A stretch of 64,000 nt of DNA from a virus. The notes under the pieces were generated by a model, which worked only from the letters and a program-made list of their open reading frames with translations, was not told where the DNA came from and made no database searches. Location of the stretch: the IMG/VR virus record IMGVR_UViG_3300031963_000009; one strand, written 5' to 3'. Of the stretch, positions 39,383 to 49,233 are shown one piece after another; the first letter of the stretch is position 1, and every line of letters begins with the position of its first letter. The translations under genes and the position numbers were made by a program.

Positions 39383-39585
39383 TGAAAGTTTATGATTACC
39401 GAATTGTAGAAGACCTCAATTTAAAAACTTTGAAACCTTATTTTTTCATTCAGTATTATCATCTTGCTGAAAAAAAATATATTCTTCACTCAGATGCTAC
39501 ATTCCAAACACTTCAAGAAGCACAAGAAGCAATACGACTACTGAGAAAATACAACGAACCTGTGTATCATTATGTTGAGGATTGA
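39382..39585 (+). CDS. hypothetical protein
   Basis: TAATG-coupled. Confidence 0.55.
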   Translation: MKVYDYRIVEDLNLKTLKPYFFIQYYHLAEKKYILHSDATFQTLQEAQEAIRLLRKYNEPVYHYVED

Positions 39586-39586
39586 A

Positions 39587-39760
39587 ATGATTGAAACTAA
39601 ACCAATTACGAACAGAAGACCAACAAAAGAAGATGCTAATGGATTTGGGTTAGTTCAGTATTATCGTAATGATTTTGGTGTATGGGGATATGATTACTGG
39701 TATAATGTAAGAACCGATGGTTGGGCACACACATCAAATTGGAGACCTCAAAATGATTGA
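39587..39760 (+). CDS. hypothetical protein
   Basis: coupled ORF array. Confidence 0.5.
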   Translation: MIETKPITNRRPTKEDANGFGLVQYYRNDFGVWGYDYWYNVRTDGWAHTSNWRPQND

Positions 39761-39923
39761 AATTACCAAAAACTACAAACTCACACTCACAGAAGACCAA
39801 GCACGACAACTCCATTCTATGCTAAAAGCTAATAAGGAACTATTGGATATTGGGTCTGGGTATGACGAACTGCGACCACTTTATCGGGAACTAAAAGAAC
39901 TCTTTGATAATGGGATACGATGA
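39753..39923 (+). CDS. hypothetical protein
   Basis: MIEITKNYKLTLTEDQA.. Confidence 0.55.
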   Translation: MIEITKNYKLTLTEDQARQLHSMLKANKELLDIGSGYDELRPLYRELKELFDNGIR

Positions 39924-40096
39924 TTGAACCAACAGATACAGAAATCCTTGAGTTTCTACTCAATCAGTTCAAACCACATTCTCTTAAAATGAATGGTGAG
40001 AGTGATTGGGTGTTTATTAATAGTGGATTTCCTATGAATAGAGCAAAAGGTAAAAGTGCCCGTGATGCTGTGATTGCTGCTATGGAGGCAAAATGA
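39920..40096 (+). CDS. hypothetical protein (not in ORF track)
   Basis: ATGA-coupled at both ends. Confidence 0.55.
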   Translation: MIEPTDTEILEFLLNQFKPHSLKMNGESDWVFINSGFPMNRAKGKSARDAVIAAMEAK

Positions 40097-40680
40097 CTGA
40101 AAGACTAAATCATAATCTTAATGTAGATACAATCAAAACAATTAAAGATGTGAAGAATATCTTTGATACTATGGAATTGGTTGCTTCTATGGATAAAGAT
40201 AATCCAAAATATGAAGTCGCAAAGGAATACTTTACAATTCCTTATGTTCCACCTGAACTTAAATTACCAACACCACGCAAGAGTATTGAAGAAATCCAAC
40301 AAGAACTGGATGAGAAGATTGATGCTCTCATAAAGGCAACAAAAGAAAAGTTTGATTGTTCCCAATATTTTGCTGGAAAAAGATATAACGAAAAGTTTGA
40401 TAGGATTATTCAGGACTTTGAGTATGCGAAGGAACACGGAAGCTTTCCACAAAAACTTACTCTTGGTTACTCCAAGTTTGATTACTCCAATTTTGTTGTG
40501 ACTGGTAGTTCTGTGGAATCCTCTTTTGTAATCAAACAGGGGAAAACCCACGAAGGTTATTATACGAATGGAAACCGTAGATATTTGAAGTATTATATGC
40601 CTGATAAACCGAATATGATTGTTCGTTTCTTTATGAAAACTTGTTTGGGCTTTGTGTGGGTTGATGAGAAGGACACTTGA
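40093..40680 (+). CDS. hypothetical protein
   Basis: 195 aa, ATGA-coupled. Confidence 0.65.
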   Translation: MTERLNHNLNVDTIKTIKDVKNIFDTMELVASMDKDNPKYEVAKEYFTIPYVPPELKLPTPRKSIEEIQQELDEKIDALIKATKEKFDCSQYFAGKRYNEKFDRIIQDFEYAKEHGSFPQKLTLGYSKFDYSNFVVTGSSVESSFVIKQGKTHEGYYTNGNRRYLKYYMPDKPNMIVRFFMKTCLGFVWVDEKDT

Positions 40681-40727
40681 AGAACTGGCACAGGGAGACC
40701 CCACAAGGTCTCCTATTGGTCTATAAT
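40671..40727 (+). promoter_or_regulatory. palindrome-type promoter cassette with stem-loop
   Basis: GGACACTT-GAAG-AACTGGCA; GGAGACC/GGTCTCC stem; TATAAT at 40722. Confidence 0.8.
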
Positions 40728-40749
40728 ACTCTCATAAGCAACCAAACCG

Positions 40750-41079
40750 ATGATTGACCTCTCTCAACTGAATGTAGAACAACTCAAAGAACTTGAACTT
40801 CAAATTCAGAAACATAAGGAACAACAGAAGACAAAGGATGCTCTGGAAAATCTACAAGGTTATAAAGTAACTTTTTATATTAGGTTTGACCCTGAAAAGC
40901 ATAAGGATCACGATATGCTTACAAATAAAGGGAAACTTGACCCGAACATTTTTGCTGATTATCTGTGTGATAATCTTGTTACAGACCTGATTAGGGATTT
41001 TGAATTGTATGGTTATGAGGATGTGAGTTATCCTAATGTGGAAGTAGCAACAAAACAAGAAATTGAAGAGAAGTTTTGA
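40750..41079 (+). CDS. hypothetical protein
   Basis: single-gene module between two cassettes. Confidence 0.7.
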   Translation: MIDLSQLNVEQLKELELQIQKHKEQQKTKDALENLQGYKVTFYIRFDPEKHKDHDMLTNKGKLDPNIFADYLCDNLVTDLIRDFELYGYEDVSYPNVEVATKQEIEEKF

Positions 41080-41136
41080 GGACACTTGAAGAACTGGCAC
41101 AGGGACACTCCAAAGCCCCCTGTGATGCCTTATAAT
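41080..41136 (+). promoter_or_regulatory. palindrome-type promoter cassette
   Basis: GGACACTTGAAGAACTGGCACAGGG identical to the 40671 copy; TATAAT at 41131; AGGA SD. Confidence 0.8.
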
Positions 41137-41160
41137 ACTCTCATACACAAAGGAACTCCA

Positions 41161-41382
41161 ATGACTATTGAAATCACCAACCAAGTTCGTATTCAACAAT
41201 ACGAAGATTTTTGGTATACAGTAGAAGACACTCACCTTGATGTGGGATGTGATGGTTGCACCATTTCTTATTGGGTATATGATGTTGAGAAAGGTGATAA
41301 ACGAGTACAACACATTTGTATGAATGAAGAACAAGCACTTGCTATTGCTGATGCCATCTACAAACTCTTCAAGAAGGACTGA
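41161..41382 (+). CDS. hypothetical protein (start revised to MTIEIT)
   Basis: AAGGA SD; the track start lies inside the promoter cassette. Confidence 0.65.
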   Translation: MTIEITNQVRIQQYEDFWYTVEDTHLDVGCDGCTISYWVYDVEKGDKRVQHICMNEEQALAIADAIYKLFKKD

Positions 41383-41383
41383 G

Positions 41384-41578
41384 ATGATGACTGAAGAACA
41401 AATCCTACAACTTGCTGAAAATTATCTAACTTTTGAAAAGTGGAATGATATTTGTTGGAAGGCAGATACTCTACAACTTTTGAACTTTGCCCGAGCAATG
41501 TATGATGAAGGTTATGACTATGGATATGATGAAGGTTACAGTAATTGTTCTATTGATATGGGAGATGAGAATGTATGA
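41384..41578 (+). CDS. hypothetical protein
   Basis: MTEEQILQLA; paralogous to 41814-42032. Confidence 0.65.
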   Translation: MMTEEQILQLAENYLTFEKWNDICWKADTLQLLNFARAMYDEGYDYGYDEGYSNCSIDMGDENV

Positions 41579-41814
41579 CTAAACTTTCTACACAAACACA
41601 AGCAATCATAGATGCTGCCGATGAAGTATTTTCTCACGGAGGAACAATTAGAGAGGGTTTTGCTGCTTCTCTTCGTGTTCTTGCTGATAATGTTGCCCCT
41701 GAAAATTATGCCTGTTTTTCGGGGCATAGAGAATGGGATGAAGCACTTGAAACAAGAAATGAAAGTATTCGTGAGGCAATTTTAGATATTGCTACTGAAT
41801 TGGAGCAAACCTGA
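41575..41814 (+). CDS. hypothetical protein (MTKLS family)
   Basis: paralogous to 44985, 45859 and 42893. Confidence 0.65.
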   Translation: MTKLSTQTQAIIDAADEVFSHGGTIREGFAASLRVLADNVAPENYACFSGHREWDEALETRNESIREAILDIATELEQT

Positions 41815-42032
41815 TGACTGACGCACAAATCCTAAAACTTGCTAAATCCTGTGGGTTTGATACATTCGTGGGTGAAAAAGATGATGGGACAAACTCCGAT
41901 TACTGGGAGTGTTGGGAACGACAACTCTTGAAGTTTGCTGCTCTAATCTACACAGAAGGCTTCAAAGTGGGTTATGATGAAGGTTGGGAAAGAAGTAATG
42001 TAAGCACCAAATGGAGTTCTGATGATGACTAA
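41814..42032 (+). CDS. hypothetical protein
   Basis: MTDAQILKLA; paralogous to 41384. Confidence 0.65.
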   Translation: MTDAQILKLAKSCGFDTFVGEKDDGTNSDYWECWERQLLKFAALIYTEGFKVGYDEGWERSNVSTKWSSDDD

Positions 42033-42225
42033 ACTCACAGCACTTGATTTGATGGTAATTTCAGATACTTTGTATAGAACTCTTTCTATCGCAGGATTTG
42101 AGGGAACTCTTGGTGGATATACAAAAGAAGCAAGAGAAAATGTTGCGAATAAGGTTCAAACAATTTTGAGTAATATGGAAGTAGAACTAACTGTGGAGAA
42201 AACTGATGCCCAAGATGACTTATGA
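42022..42225 (+). CDS. hypothetical protein
   Basis: MTKLTALDL; paralogous to 42526. Confidence 0.65.
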   Translation: MMTKLTALDLMVISDTLYRTLSIAGFEGTLGGYTKEARENVANKVQTILSNMEVELTVEKTDAQDDL

Positions 42226-42525
42226 AGAATGGTGTGAAAAAAATCCAATTGATTGGGATGAGATTGAAAAAAATGATAATCCAGATATGTTGATTACTAA
42301 AACAGGTGTAGAAATGATGCATTATCACCTATACTTGTGGGAATGTAAAAAAGAAGAAGAAACAAATGACTGACAAACAACCAACTTGGGATGGGATTTA
42401 CAAATCTCTTAATGTAGGTATTGTGAATGTTTATGAACTCACCGAACACTTGGATACACTCTACACTAAAATTTCTGAACTTGAAGCACGATTGGATAAA
42501 GAGGAAGAATACCGACAGGAGCAAA

Positions 42526-42702
42526 ATGACTAAACTCACATCATTAGATTTATACATTCTCACCGATACTGTGCTACACTCCATAAGTCACGGTGATTAT
42601 TGGACTGGTTCTGCTACAAAAGAAGCACGGGATGGTGTCATCAAAAAACTTCAAATGATTATGAATGAAATGGAAGTAGAAGTATCTGTGGGAGAAAACT
42701 GA
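42526..42702 (+). CDS. hypothetical protein (start revised)
   Basis: MTKLTSLDL..TKEARD..MEVEVSV. Confidence 0.65.
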   Translation: MTKLTSLDLYILTDTVLHSISHGDYWTGSATKEARDGVIKKLQMIMNEMEVEVSVGEN

Positions 42703-42896
42703 TGACTTTACTTGAAACACTTGAATACTTTCTCACAGAAACCGCAGCAGATATGGATGGTTTGTCTTGGGAAATCCGTGAGGAAACTAACTTTGAGGAC
42801 AACAACATAGACCATTTGACTGAATGTTATGATTTCAATAAACAACTTTATGATAATCTCAAACAAATCAAATCTATTATTGAGGAACTGAAATGA
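42702..42896 (+). CDS. hypothetical protein
   Basis: WEIREETN motif shared with 37847. Confidence 0.65.
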   Translation: MTLLETLEYFLTETAADMDGLSWEIREETNFEDNNIDHLTECYDFNKQLYDNLKQIKSIIEELK

Positions 42897-43129
42897 CTGA
42901 CAAAAAAGAAGTAGCACAAACACTAAAAGATGCTGTAAAAACACTTTATCAGGATGAGAAGTGTGCCGAAATGGGTTGGGAAACAGATAAACCTACTGTT
43001 ATTATTGTTCTCCGTGAGTTAGTAGCAGAACTCCAATACTATCAGTTTTGTAGAGAGGAAGGTGTGGAAGATATGGTGCTTGATGCCCGTGCTATACTTG
43101 ATGTATGTGATGAATTGGAGAACCTGTGA
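42893..43129 (+). CDS. hypothetical protein
   Basis: ATGA-coupled. Confidence 0.6.
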   Translation: MTDKKEVAQTLKDAVKTLYQDEKCAEMGWETDKPTVIIVLRELVAELQYYQFCREEGVEDMVLDARAILDVCDELENL

Positions 43130-43304
43130 TGAGACATCAACACAACCTCAAACAAACTAAAATGTTGATTGATGCTGTTGAGCATTACATTTACACTATC
43201 AAAGATGCTGCTCCTCAATATGCTGTGAAAGAATACCAAGAGTTGCTGAAAGAACTTGAAGAAGAGGAAGCTCTACTTGAAAGAACTATTAAGAGGGATT
43301 TGTA

Positions 43305-44027
43305 ATGACTAACCTTAAATTCACATCACCAAGTGGAGAAACTACCATAAAAGTTGAAGATACTGGTAGATTGGGAACAGTAGCACCTAAAACACAACTA
43401 CACATTCGCAAAATGGATGAACCAGTGAAATATGAAACTCCTATGACTGAAATTGAAGAACTGAAAGCACAAATCAAAGTGCTTGAAAAGAAGCTCTCAT
43501 TCCTTGAAGAACTGGAAAAAACAAAATCACCAGTAGAAGAAGCATACAAAGATTGGTGGGGACAATATCCTAAATTAGAAACTGATTCCAAGTATGATGT
43601 TATAAGGTGGCAAGGTTTCCAAGCAGGATATAATGCTGCTTATGAAGAAAAGGTAAGTGAAACCGCACAAGAACGAGGAGAACGAGTTCATAATGAAATG
43701 GAAGAAACTATCAAAATCCACGATGGTTATGGTGTAGTTGATTACAAACCAACTCCACAAACACCAGAACAAGTTGCTGATGGATTGAAAGAAGCATTTA
43801 GAGAAGCAGTCAAACAAGGTGTAGTTTCATCTACTAAATCAAAAACACTCACAGACCTGATTTACGATTGGTGGGAAGATGTATTCACAACTCATAGTGA
43901 TTGGGATATGGAAACTTCCATTGATAATTTGGTAGATGAAATTAGTTTGTGGTTGCCTACAGAACACGATACTAACAGTTATAAGTGGAATGAGTGTATC
44001 CGAATGATTAGAGAGAAACTACGATGA
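43305..44027 (+). CDS. hypothetical protein (mosaic, coiled-coil)
   Basis: 240 aa, coupled. Confidence 0.65.
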   Translation: MTNLKFTSPSGETTIKVEDTGRLGTVAPKTQLHIRKMDEPVKYETPMTEIEELKAQIKVLEKKLSFLEELEKTKSPVEEAYKDWWGQYPKLETDSKYDVIRWQGFQAGYNAAYEEKVSETAQERGERVHNEMEETIKIHDGYGVVDYKPTPQTPEQVADGLKEAFREAVKQGVVSSTKSKTLTDLIYDWWEDVFTTHSDWDMETSIDNLVDEISLWLPTEHDTNSYKWNECIRMIREKLR

Positions 44028-44206
44028 CTGAAAGAAACTTCAAACAAGAGCTCGTTCACTCCTGTTACTATGATATGGAGAATGGATACGACAGCGAAAC
44101 AATTGATTATGATTGTCTGATTGGTATTATCACTGAATTGTGTGATAGAATAGAGCAGTTGGAAAAGGACAACGAGCTCCTGAAATCTTATGCTTGGGAA
44201 CAATGA
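44024..44206 (+). CDS. hypothetical protein
   Basis: ATGA-coupled. Confidence 0.6.
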   Translation: MTERNFKQELVHSCYYDMENGYDSETIDYDCLIGIITELCDRIEQLEKDNELLKSYAWEQ

Positions 44207-44988
44207 CTGAATACAATCTACCAGAAAAAGATGATGCTCCCTGGTTAAACACTACTTATGATGGATTTATGACCCACGAAGAAATGCTTGAAGTTGCCGC
44301 ACAACGAGAAGCAGCAAATGAAGTGATTGTTGCTAAGGTATCTGAGGAAGACTATCAGAAAGTTCAGAAAGAAGTGGCAAACAAAAAAGCATGGGAAGCA
44401 GTAAAAAAACTGTATGATGAGAATGGTGATGCTCTCCAACAACTTGCTGATATCGAAAAGGAGGAACGAATGGATGCTGTGAGAACTGCTATTGCTGGTA
44501 TTGATAAGTATTCTGATGCTCTCAAAGAACTTAATGAAACTGAAAAAGTAGAACTGCGAGCAGAGTTAGAAGCAAAGAAGAAAGAAAACTTTCAACTGGT
44601 TGCTGATGCTTGTATGAAAGAATATGAGCAGAAGTATCATCGTGATGTATTCCCTGTGGATGAACACTGGGTTTATATGGTTTCTGAATACTTTGGCACA
44701 GGTGAAGGTCAAACCGTGTGTATTATGATGACACAGGCAAATCCTGGTCATCCTGAAGATTTTGAAACATCTACCAATAAGTATGTTGCTTGCACCACTA
44801 AACAGTATCGTGCTGTGAGAGCATTCCATGAGCAGTTTGGCACTTGGCATCTTCATGGTCTCAGATTTCTCAGTAAAGAAGATTTCTTCAGCGAATATTC
44901 ATACTACATTCCTCCAGCGATGATGAAACTCCTCAATAGAAGTTGCTTCAAAGACTTCTACACTCGTGTTCACTACAACTTCTCATGA
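44203..44988 (+). CDS. hypothetical protein
   Basis: about 260 aa; coiled-coil N-half. Confidence 0.65.
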   Translation: MTEYNLPEKDDAPWLNTTYDGFMTHEEMLEVAAQREAANEVIVAKVSEEDYQKVQKEVANKKAWEAVKKLYDENGDALQQLADIEKEERMDAVRTAIAGIDKYSDALKELNETEKVELRAELEAKKKENFQLVADACMKEYEQKYHRDVFPVDEHWVYMVSEYFGTGEGQTVCIMMTQANPGHPEDFETSTNKYVACTTKQYRAVRAFHEQFGTWHLHGLRFLSKEDFFSEYSYYIPPAMMKLLNRSCFKDFYTRVHYNFS

Positions 44989-45170
44989 CTAAACTTTCTC
45001 CAAAAGCAAAGGCAATTATGGATGTTTTTGATAATGAATATTATCATAAAGCAAAATTACGACAAGTTGCTATTGCTTCTACTCTTCGTGAGTTGATTAA
45101 AGAACTCAAGTATATTGGTATTACTGAAAAGAACATTCTTGAAATTGTTGATGAACTGGAGGCATTATGA
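44985..45170 (+). CDS. hypothetical protein (MTKLS family; start revised)
   Basis: ATGA-coupled; ends EIVDELEAL. Confidence 0.65.
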   Translation: MTKLSPKAKAIMDVFDNEYYHKAKLRQVAIASTLRELIKELKYIGITEKNILEIVDELEAL

Positions 45171-45370
45171 CTGATAAAGAGCTCTACAACCCTGATGAGT
45201 TTCTACTGGATAACATCAAAGGGTATCACTATGAGGTGATGGATGAAGGACATCATGTGTGGATGGCTTTCTATTTTGAGAATGGTAACACAGGGCACTT
45301 GAATGTCTTTCTGAATGATGGTAAGATTAACACACGTTATGAAGAGTGGGTGAATGACTTACAAACTTGA
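45167..45370 (+). CDS. hypothetical protein
   Basis: ATGA-coupled. Confidence 0.6.
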   Translation: MTDKELYNPDEFLLDNIKGYHYEVMDEGHHVWMAFYFENGNTGHLNVFLNDGKINTRYEEWVNDLQT

Positions 45371-45659
45371 TGAAAACGCCAAAGCATTCTCTTATACCAA
45401 AGAAGAATTGTTTGATTGCATTACCCGTATTGTTGCACACCCACACACTGCCATTACACATCACGATAAAACTCGTGCTATGGCAATATTTCTTACGTTT
45501 GCCGATTATCTTGGAAACTATACTGAAAGCGACAACAACTTCGGTCATGTTATCTACGAATCAGATTCTACCGATTTTGAGGGACATGTTCTACAGTTGT
45601 TGGGTAAGAATAAGCCGATGGATTTTTATCAACCTGATGTTGATGAGTTACTGAAATGA
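45354..45659 (+). CDS. hypothetical protein
   Basis: coupled ORF array. Confidence 0.6.
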   Translation: MTYKLDENAKAFSYTKEELFDCITRIVAHPHTAITHHDKTRAMAIFLTFADYLGNYTESDNNFGHVIYESDSTDFEGHVLQLLGKNKPMDFYQPDVDELLK

Positions 45660-45862
45660 AAGAGTGGTTTGAAGATGCTTGGTGGTCTTGGACTAATTGT
45701 ATTAACTTTCGACTCGTCAAGTATGGTGACGAGATAGATCGTTTTGCCTTCTTTGAAGAATTAAACAACGGTTGGTATCACATGTATATCTACCCTTATG
45801 ATGACTGGTATCATCCGACTATCTCACAAGAACGAAAAAAGTTTTTAGGCCAAACACCATGA
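45656..45862 (+). CDS. hypothetical protein
   Basis: ATGA-coupled. Confidence 0.6.
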   Translation: MKEWFEDAWWSWTNCINFRLVKYGDEIDRFAFFEELNNGWYHMYIYPYDDWYHPTISQERKKFLGQTP

Positions 45863-46050
45863 CTACTAGAGCGTTACAAATCCTGGAATGTACGATGGAA
45901 CTTTCTATGCGTCCTAAAAGTGGCGATAGACAAAAGTTGATTGCTCGTGTAATTCGTGAGGTTGCTGATAGATTATGTACCGATTGGGGAGAACTTGAAG
46001 ACCCTATTGAGATTTTGCGTGAAATTGCTGATGAGGTGGAGGCACTCTAA
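45859..46050 (+). CDS. hypothetical protein
   Basis: ends EIADEVEAL. Confidence 0.6.
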   Translation: MTTRALQILECTMELSMRPKSGDRQKLIARVIREVADRLCTDWGELEDPIEILREIADEVEAL

Positions 46051-46457
46051 TGTTTGAAACTGAAACAACTTGGTGGTTTGAAAAACAAGACCGCAAAACT
46101 TGGTTACATCGTGCTCAATCAAAACTTGAAGAAGTTGTAGAACGACATGATGATGATATTGAACAAATTGAGAAAAGACTTCGTTATTTGGAGGATAATT
46201 TATCGTGACTGAAGAACAAAAAACACTTCTTGAAATGGTTGCAGAGGAACTCGGTGGAAAACTTTACACGGTTCTAGTGGCTGATAAGTACAAAGAACAC
46301 AAAGAAATTGTAATTAGATATGATGAACAAAAACGATAAGAACCTAGAAGTTAGACTTTATTATTCTTACAAATAAAAAGTTAGATGTTGCAAAAGTTTT
46401 CAAAATGTTACAAGACAAGTCAGCTTCAGATCCAAAATATGTTACAATGTTTAAGGA

Positions 46458-46661
46458 ATGGAGATATTAAGAATGAATGTAACTGAATACAATGTAACTG
46501 ACTGGCAACTAACTCAAGATGAGTTTGCTGATGTGATTCATCTTGTAAAGAATGAAATGCAAAAACATTCTGATGATAAGTTCAAAGAACTTTATTATGG
46601 TTTGATTGCAGGAAAACTATTAATTATGAAGAATGAAACGCAACCGTTCTCAAATAACTGA
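46458..46661 (+). CDS. hypothetical protein
   Basis: ORF array; start uncertain. Confidence 0.5.
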   Translation: MEILRMNVTEYNVTDWQLTQDEFADVIHLVKNEMQKHSDDKFKELYYGLIAGKLLIMKNETQPFSNN

Positions 46662-46800
46662 ATTTTATAAAGTTGGTTATATTCTAGACGAAGAACAAAA
46701 ATGGGCTTGTTATTTTGACTTTAATTGTGCTCAAGAAGCTATGATGAAGATGATTCGACTCGGTATAAATGTGACTGGAATGGAAACACAAATGATGGTG

Positions 46801-46870
46801 TGACAGTCTGTTGGCTGTCCACTAACCACGCCGAAGGGGCTCAGATCTTGGTATCTTAGCCATGTTGAGA
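46801..46870 (+). promoter_or_regulatory. palindrome-type promoter cassette with shared leader
   Basis: TGACAGTC-TGTT-GGCTGTCC; CGCCGA; TATCTTAGCCATGTTGAGA. Confidence 0.85.
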
Positions 46871-46924
46871 CACGGATGTGGTCTTGACGCAACACAAACC
46901 CCTTTCAAGTAACTTCAAGACAAC

Positions 46925-47308
46925 ATGGCGACTCGTTCTCGCATTGGTGTTCAACTCAAGAATGGCTCTGTCCTTTCTGTGTATTGTCACTGGGATGGCT
47001 ATCCGGAGTGGAATGGTAAGAAACTGAAAGAATACTTCAACACTCGGCAGAAAGCTGCGGAATTGGTTGATGGTGGAGACATCAGTGCTCTGTGGACTGA
47101 TAAAGATTGGGATGGTAAAGAACAAGAGTTCGGTACTCTTTACTACGAAGGTCGTGGTGATGTAGACACTGAACCCAATTTGAGTGAATCTTTCCAAGAC
47201 TTTATCAAGTCCGTGAATGATTCTTGGGCGGATTATGCTTACCTCTTTGCCGATGGTGAGTGGAAGTGTTATACTCCTAAAGGTAATGAAGAAAAAATCC
47301 CTGCCTGA
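46925..47308 (+). CDS. conserved phage hypothetical protein
   Basis: MATRSRIG..SVYCHWDGYP..NG. Confidence 0.75.
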   Translation: MATRSRIGVQLKNGSVLSVYCHWDGYPEWNGKKLKEYFNTRQKAAELVDGGDISALWTDKDWDGKEQEFGTLYYEGRGDVDTEPNLSESFQDFIKSVNDSWADYAYLFADGEWKCYTPKGNEEKIPA

Positions 47309-47592
47309 TATGGAAAACCTCATTCAAGTGAAGTATTACTTCAAGGAACATCCCAACACTACTCTCTCGGTGTTCCTTAAGACTAAAGAACAAGTTGAGG
47401 CTTTCAAGGCTAAACATCCCGACTATGTTTATGTGGAGGCTAAATGATTTACGTTGTTGAACTTTATGTTGGCGGCACTGTCTTCAAAGAAGAAGTGATT
47501 GCTACTAATCCTAAAGATGCCCGCGAAACTGCTCTTGCTCGTAATCCCAAAGCAAAAGTTGTTGGTGTTAACGTTAAATTCTGAAAATTATT

Positions 47593-48000
47593 ATGACTAA
47601 ACAAAACGGATTTATTGACCCTGCTGTTGCTGCTATTGCTGTCGGTGTGGTTGTGATTGGTGGTCTCATCTTCATTGGTGGCCCACAATATAATGTGTGG
47701 CAACAATCTCTTGCTGGTAAGGCGGAACTGCAGAAAGCAGAATACACACGTCAGGTTGCTGTTCTTGAAGCACAAGCAAAGAAAGATAGTGCTCAACAAC
47801 TTGCTGATGCTGAAATCATTCGTGCTACTGGTGTTGCTAAAGCAAACCAAATCATCGGTGATAGTCTGAAAGATAACCGTGAGTATCTTCAGTACCTGTA
47901 TATCACTGGTATTGAAGATGGTGCCAAGAATGGTAACGTGACCATCTATGTTCCCACCGAAGGTGGTATGCCAGTTCCTACTCTTCAAATGAATAAGTGA
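47593..48000 (+). CDS. membrane protein with SPFH/prohibitin-like coiled-coil
   Basis: N-terminal TM helix; EAQAKK..EIIRATGVAKANQII..EYLQYLYI. Confidence 0.65.
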   Translation: MTKQNGFIDPAVAAIAVGVVVIGGLIFIGGPQYNVWQQSLAGKAELQKAEYTRQVAVLEAQAKKDSAQQLADAEIIRATGVAKANQIIGDSLKDNREYLQYLYITGIEDGAKNGNVTIYVPTEGGMPVPTLQMNK

Positions 48001-48386
48001 TGAAACATCTGTTGATTCTTGTGTCTCTGTTGGTAACTTCTCCTGCATTTGCACAAACAAAAGAAGTCACTAAACAGAAAGTATATCGTCCTTTTACATA
48101 CGAAACTGCATGTGCATTGGAAACTCCTCAAGAGTTTCAAGTAGATACATGTAAAGTTGTGGAAACTAGGGAGTCTACTGGTGCTCTTCGCACTCGTAAT
48201 ATCTTCTCTAATCGTTTCCGTCTTACCATCAAATCTCGTTTTGATAAAGAAAAGGGATTTGTAACTTGGGATTCTCACAATAAGTTTGAGTACAAGTTTG
48301 AATATAAAGTTGGTGGTGTAGATGGCCTTGGTGCCTGGTCTTATGTAATGCCAGGATTCTTACTTGAGAATGTCTCATGGGACTGA
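47997..48386 (+). CDS. hypothetical protein with signal peptide
   Basis: MKHLLILVSLLVTSPAFA. Confidence 0.65.
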   Translation: MMKHLLILVSLLVTSPAFAQTKEVTKQKVYRPFTYETACALETPQEFQVDTCKVVETRESTGALRTRNIFSNRFRLTIKSRFDKEKGFVTWDSHNKFEYKFEYKVGGVDGLGAWSYVMPGFLLENVSWD

Positions 48387-48439
48387 TAAGGATCTTTGAT
48401 CAATCAGCCCTTGACTTTCTTCCGTTTTTTTCTTATTGT
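48386..48439 (+). promoter_or_regulatory. promoter with second-type palindrome
   Basis: ATAAG-GATCT-TTGAT; TTGACT(48411)-17 bp-TATTGT(48434). Confidence 0.7.
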
Positions 48440-48462
48440 ACTTTTGTTCAACTGATTCACAC

Positions 48463-48609
48463 ATGAACGACGATTTCAATTTTGATTCCTTTGATGAAGG
48501 TGATCTCTATGAATCCTTGATGGAATCTAATCCAGAAGATTGGCTTCCTGATGCTGGTATCCGAGAAGAGTTTGATTCTGAAACTCTTGCCCTTCTACGG
48601 AACTTTTAG
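48463..48609 (+). CDS. small acidic protein (not in ORF track)
   Basis: 48 aa, 15 D/E versus 2 R; first ORF after the promoter. Confidence 0.6.
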   Translation: MNDDFNFDSFDEGDLYESLMESNPEDWLPDAGIREEFDSETLALLRNF

Positions 48610-48634
48610 TATAATAAAATGGGTAAGTAGGTGA

Positions 48635-49147
48635 GTGTTAATGAAGGTTGTTGAAAGACACCGATACGAAAACGGAGAAATCTTTGAGACTAGATCTCTG
48701 AGGTTTCTCCCTTTTTATTACTCGGAAGAGATTGCTGAATCTCTGATGAAGATCATTCGTAATCAACTTACACCTGACTTGCTGACTAAAAAGTATCGCA
48801 AGGAGAATGAAACAAACCCAATGTACGGGCATTGTTATCATTCAACTCAAGCCCTATTTTATCTCATGGAACCTCACGATTTGATTCCAATGAGTGGAAT
48901 AGATTACAGAGGTGATACACACTGGTGGTTGTATGATGACCGAGGAGTTATCTATGACACAACCGCAGATCAGTATTACTCTGTGGGACAAGTTCCCCCA
49001 CATGCTGTTGGAAAGAAAACAGCTTGGTATGGTTGGAAACAACGACCACACCAAAGATCTCTCACTTTAATCATGAGAGTTCTTGATGCTTGTAACATTG
49101 AGTATTGTTACGAAACCATCAAACCTCAGACGGGGGGCTTGACATAG
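48635..49147 (+). CDS. hypothetical protein, possible Cys-His (papain/transglutaminase-like) fold
   Basis: GHCYH..HWWL.D..YDTTADQY. Confidence 0.5.
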   Translation: MLMKVVERHRYENGEIFETRSLRFLPFYYSEEIAESLMKIIRNQLTPDLLTKKYRKENETNPMYGHCYHSTQALFYLMEPHDLIPMSGIDYRGDTHWWLYDDRGVIYDTTADQYYSVGQVPPHAVGKKTAWYGWKQRPHQRSLTLIMRVLDACNIEYCYETIKPQTGGLT

Positions 49148-49167
49148 TTCTTTGTCTGATCTATACT
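49139..49167 (+). promoter_or_regulatory. sigma70-type promoter
   Basis: TTGACA-17 bp-TATACT. Confidence 0.75.
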
Positions 49168-49233
49168 CAAAACATCAAAGACACGGACACAATCCCAACT
49201 CTTAATTGAGACGGTCAAAACTCCAAGTCCTAG

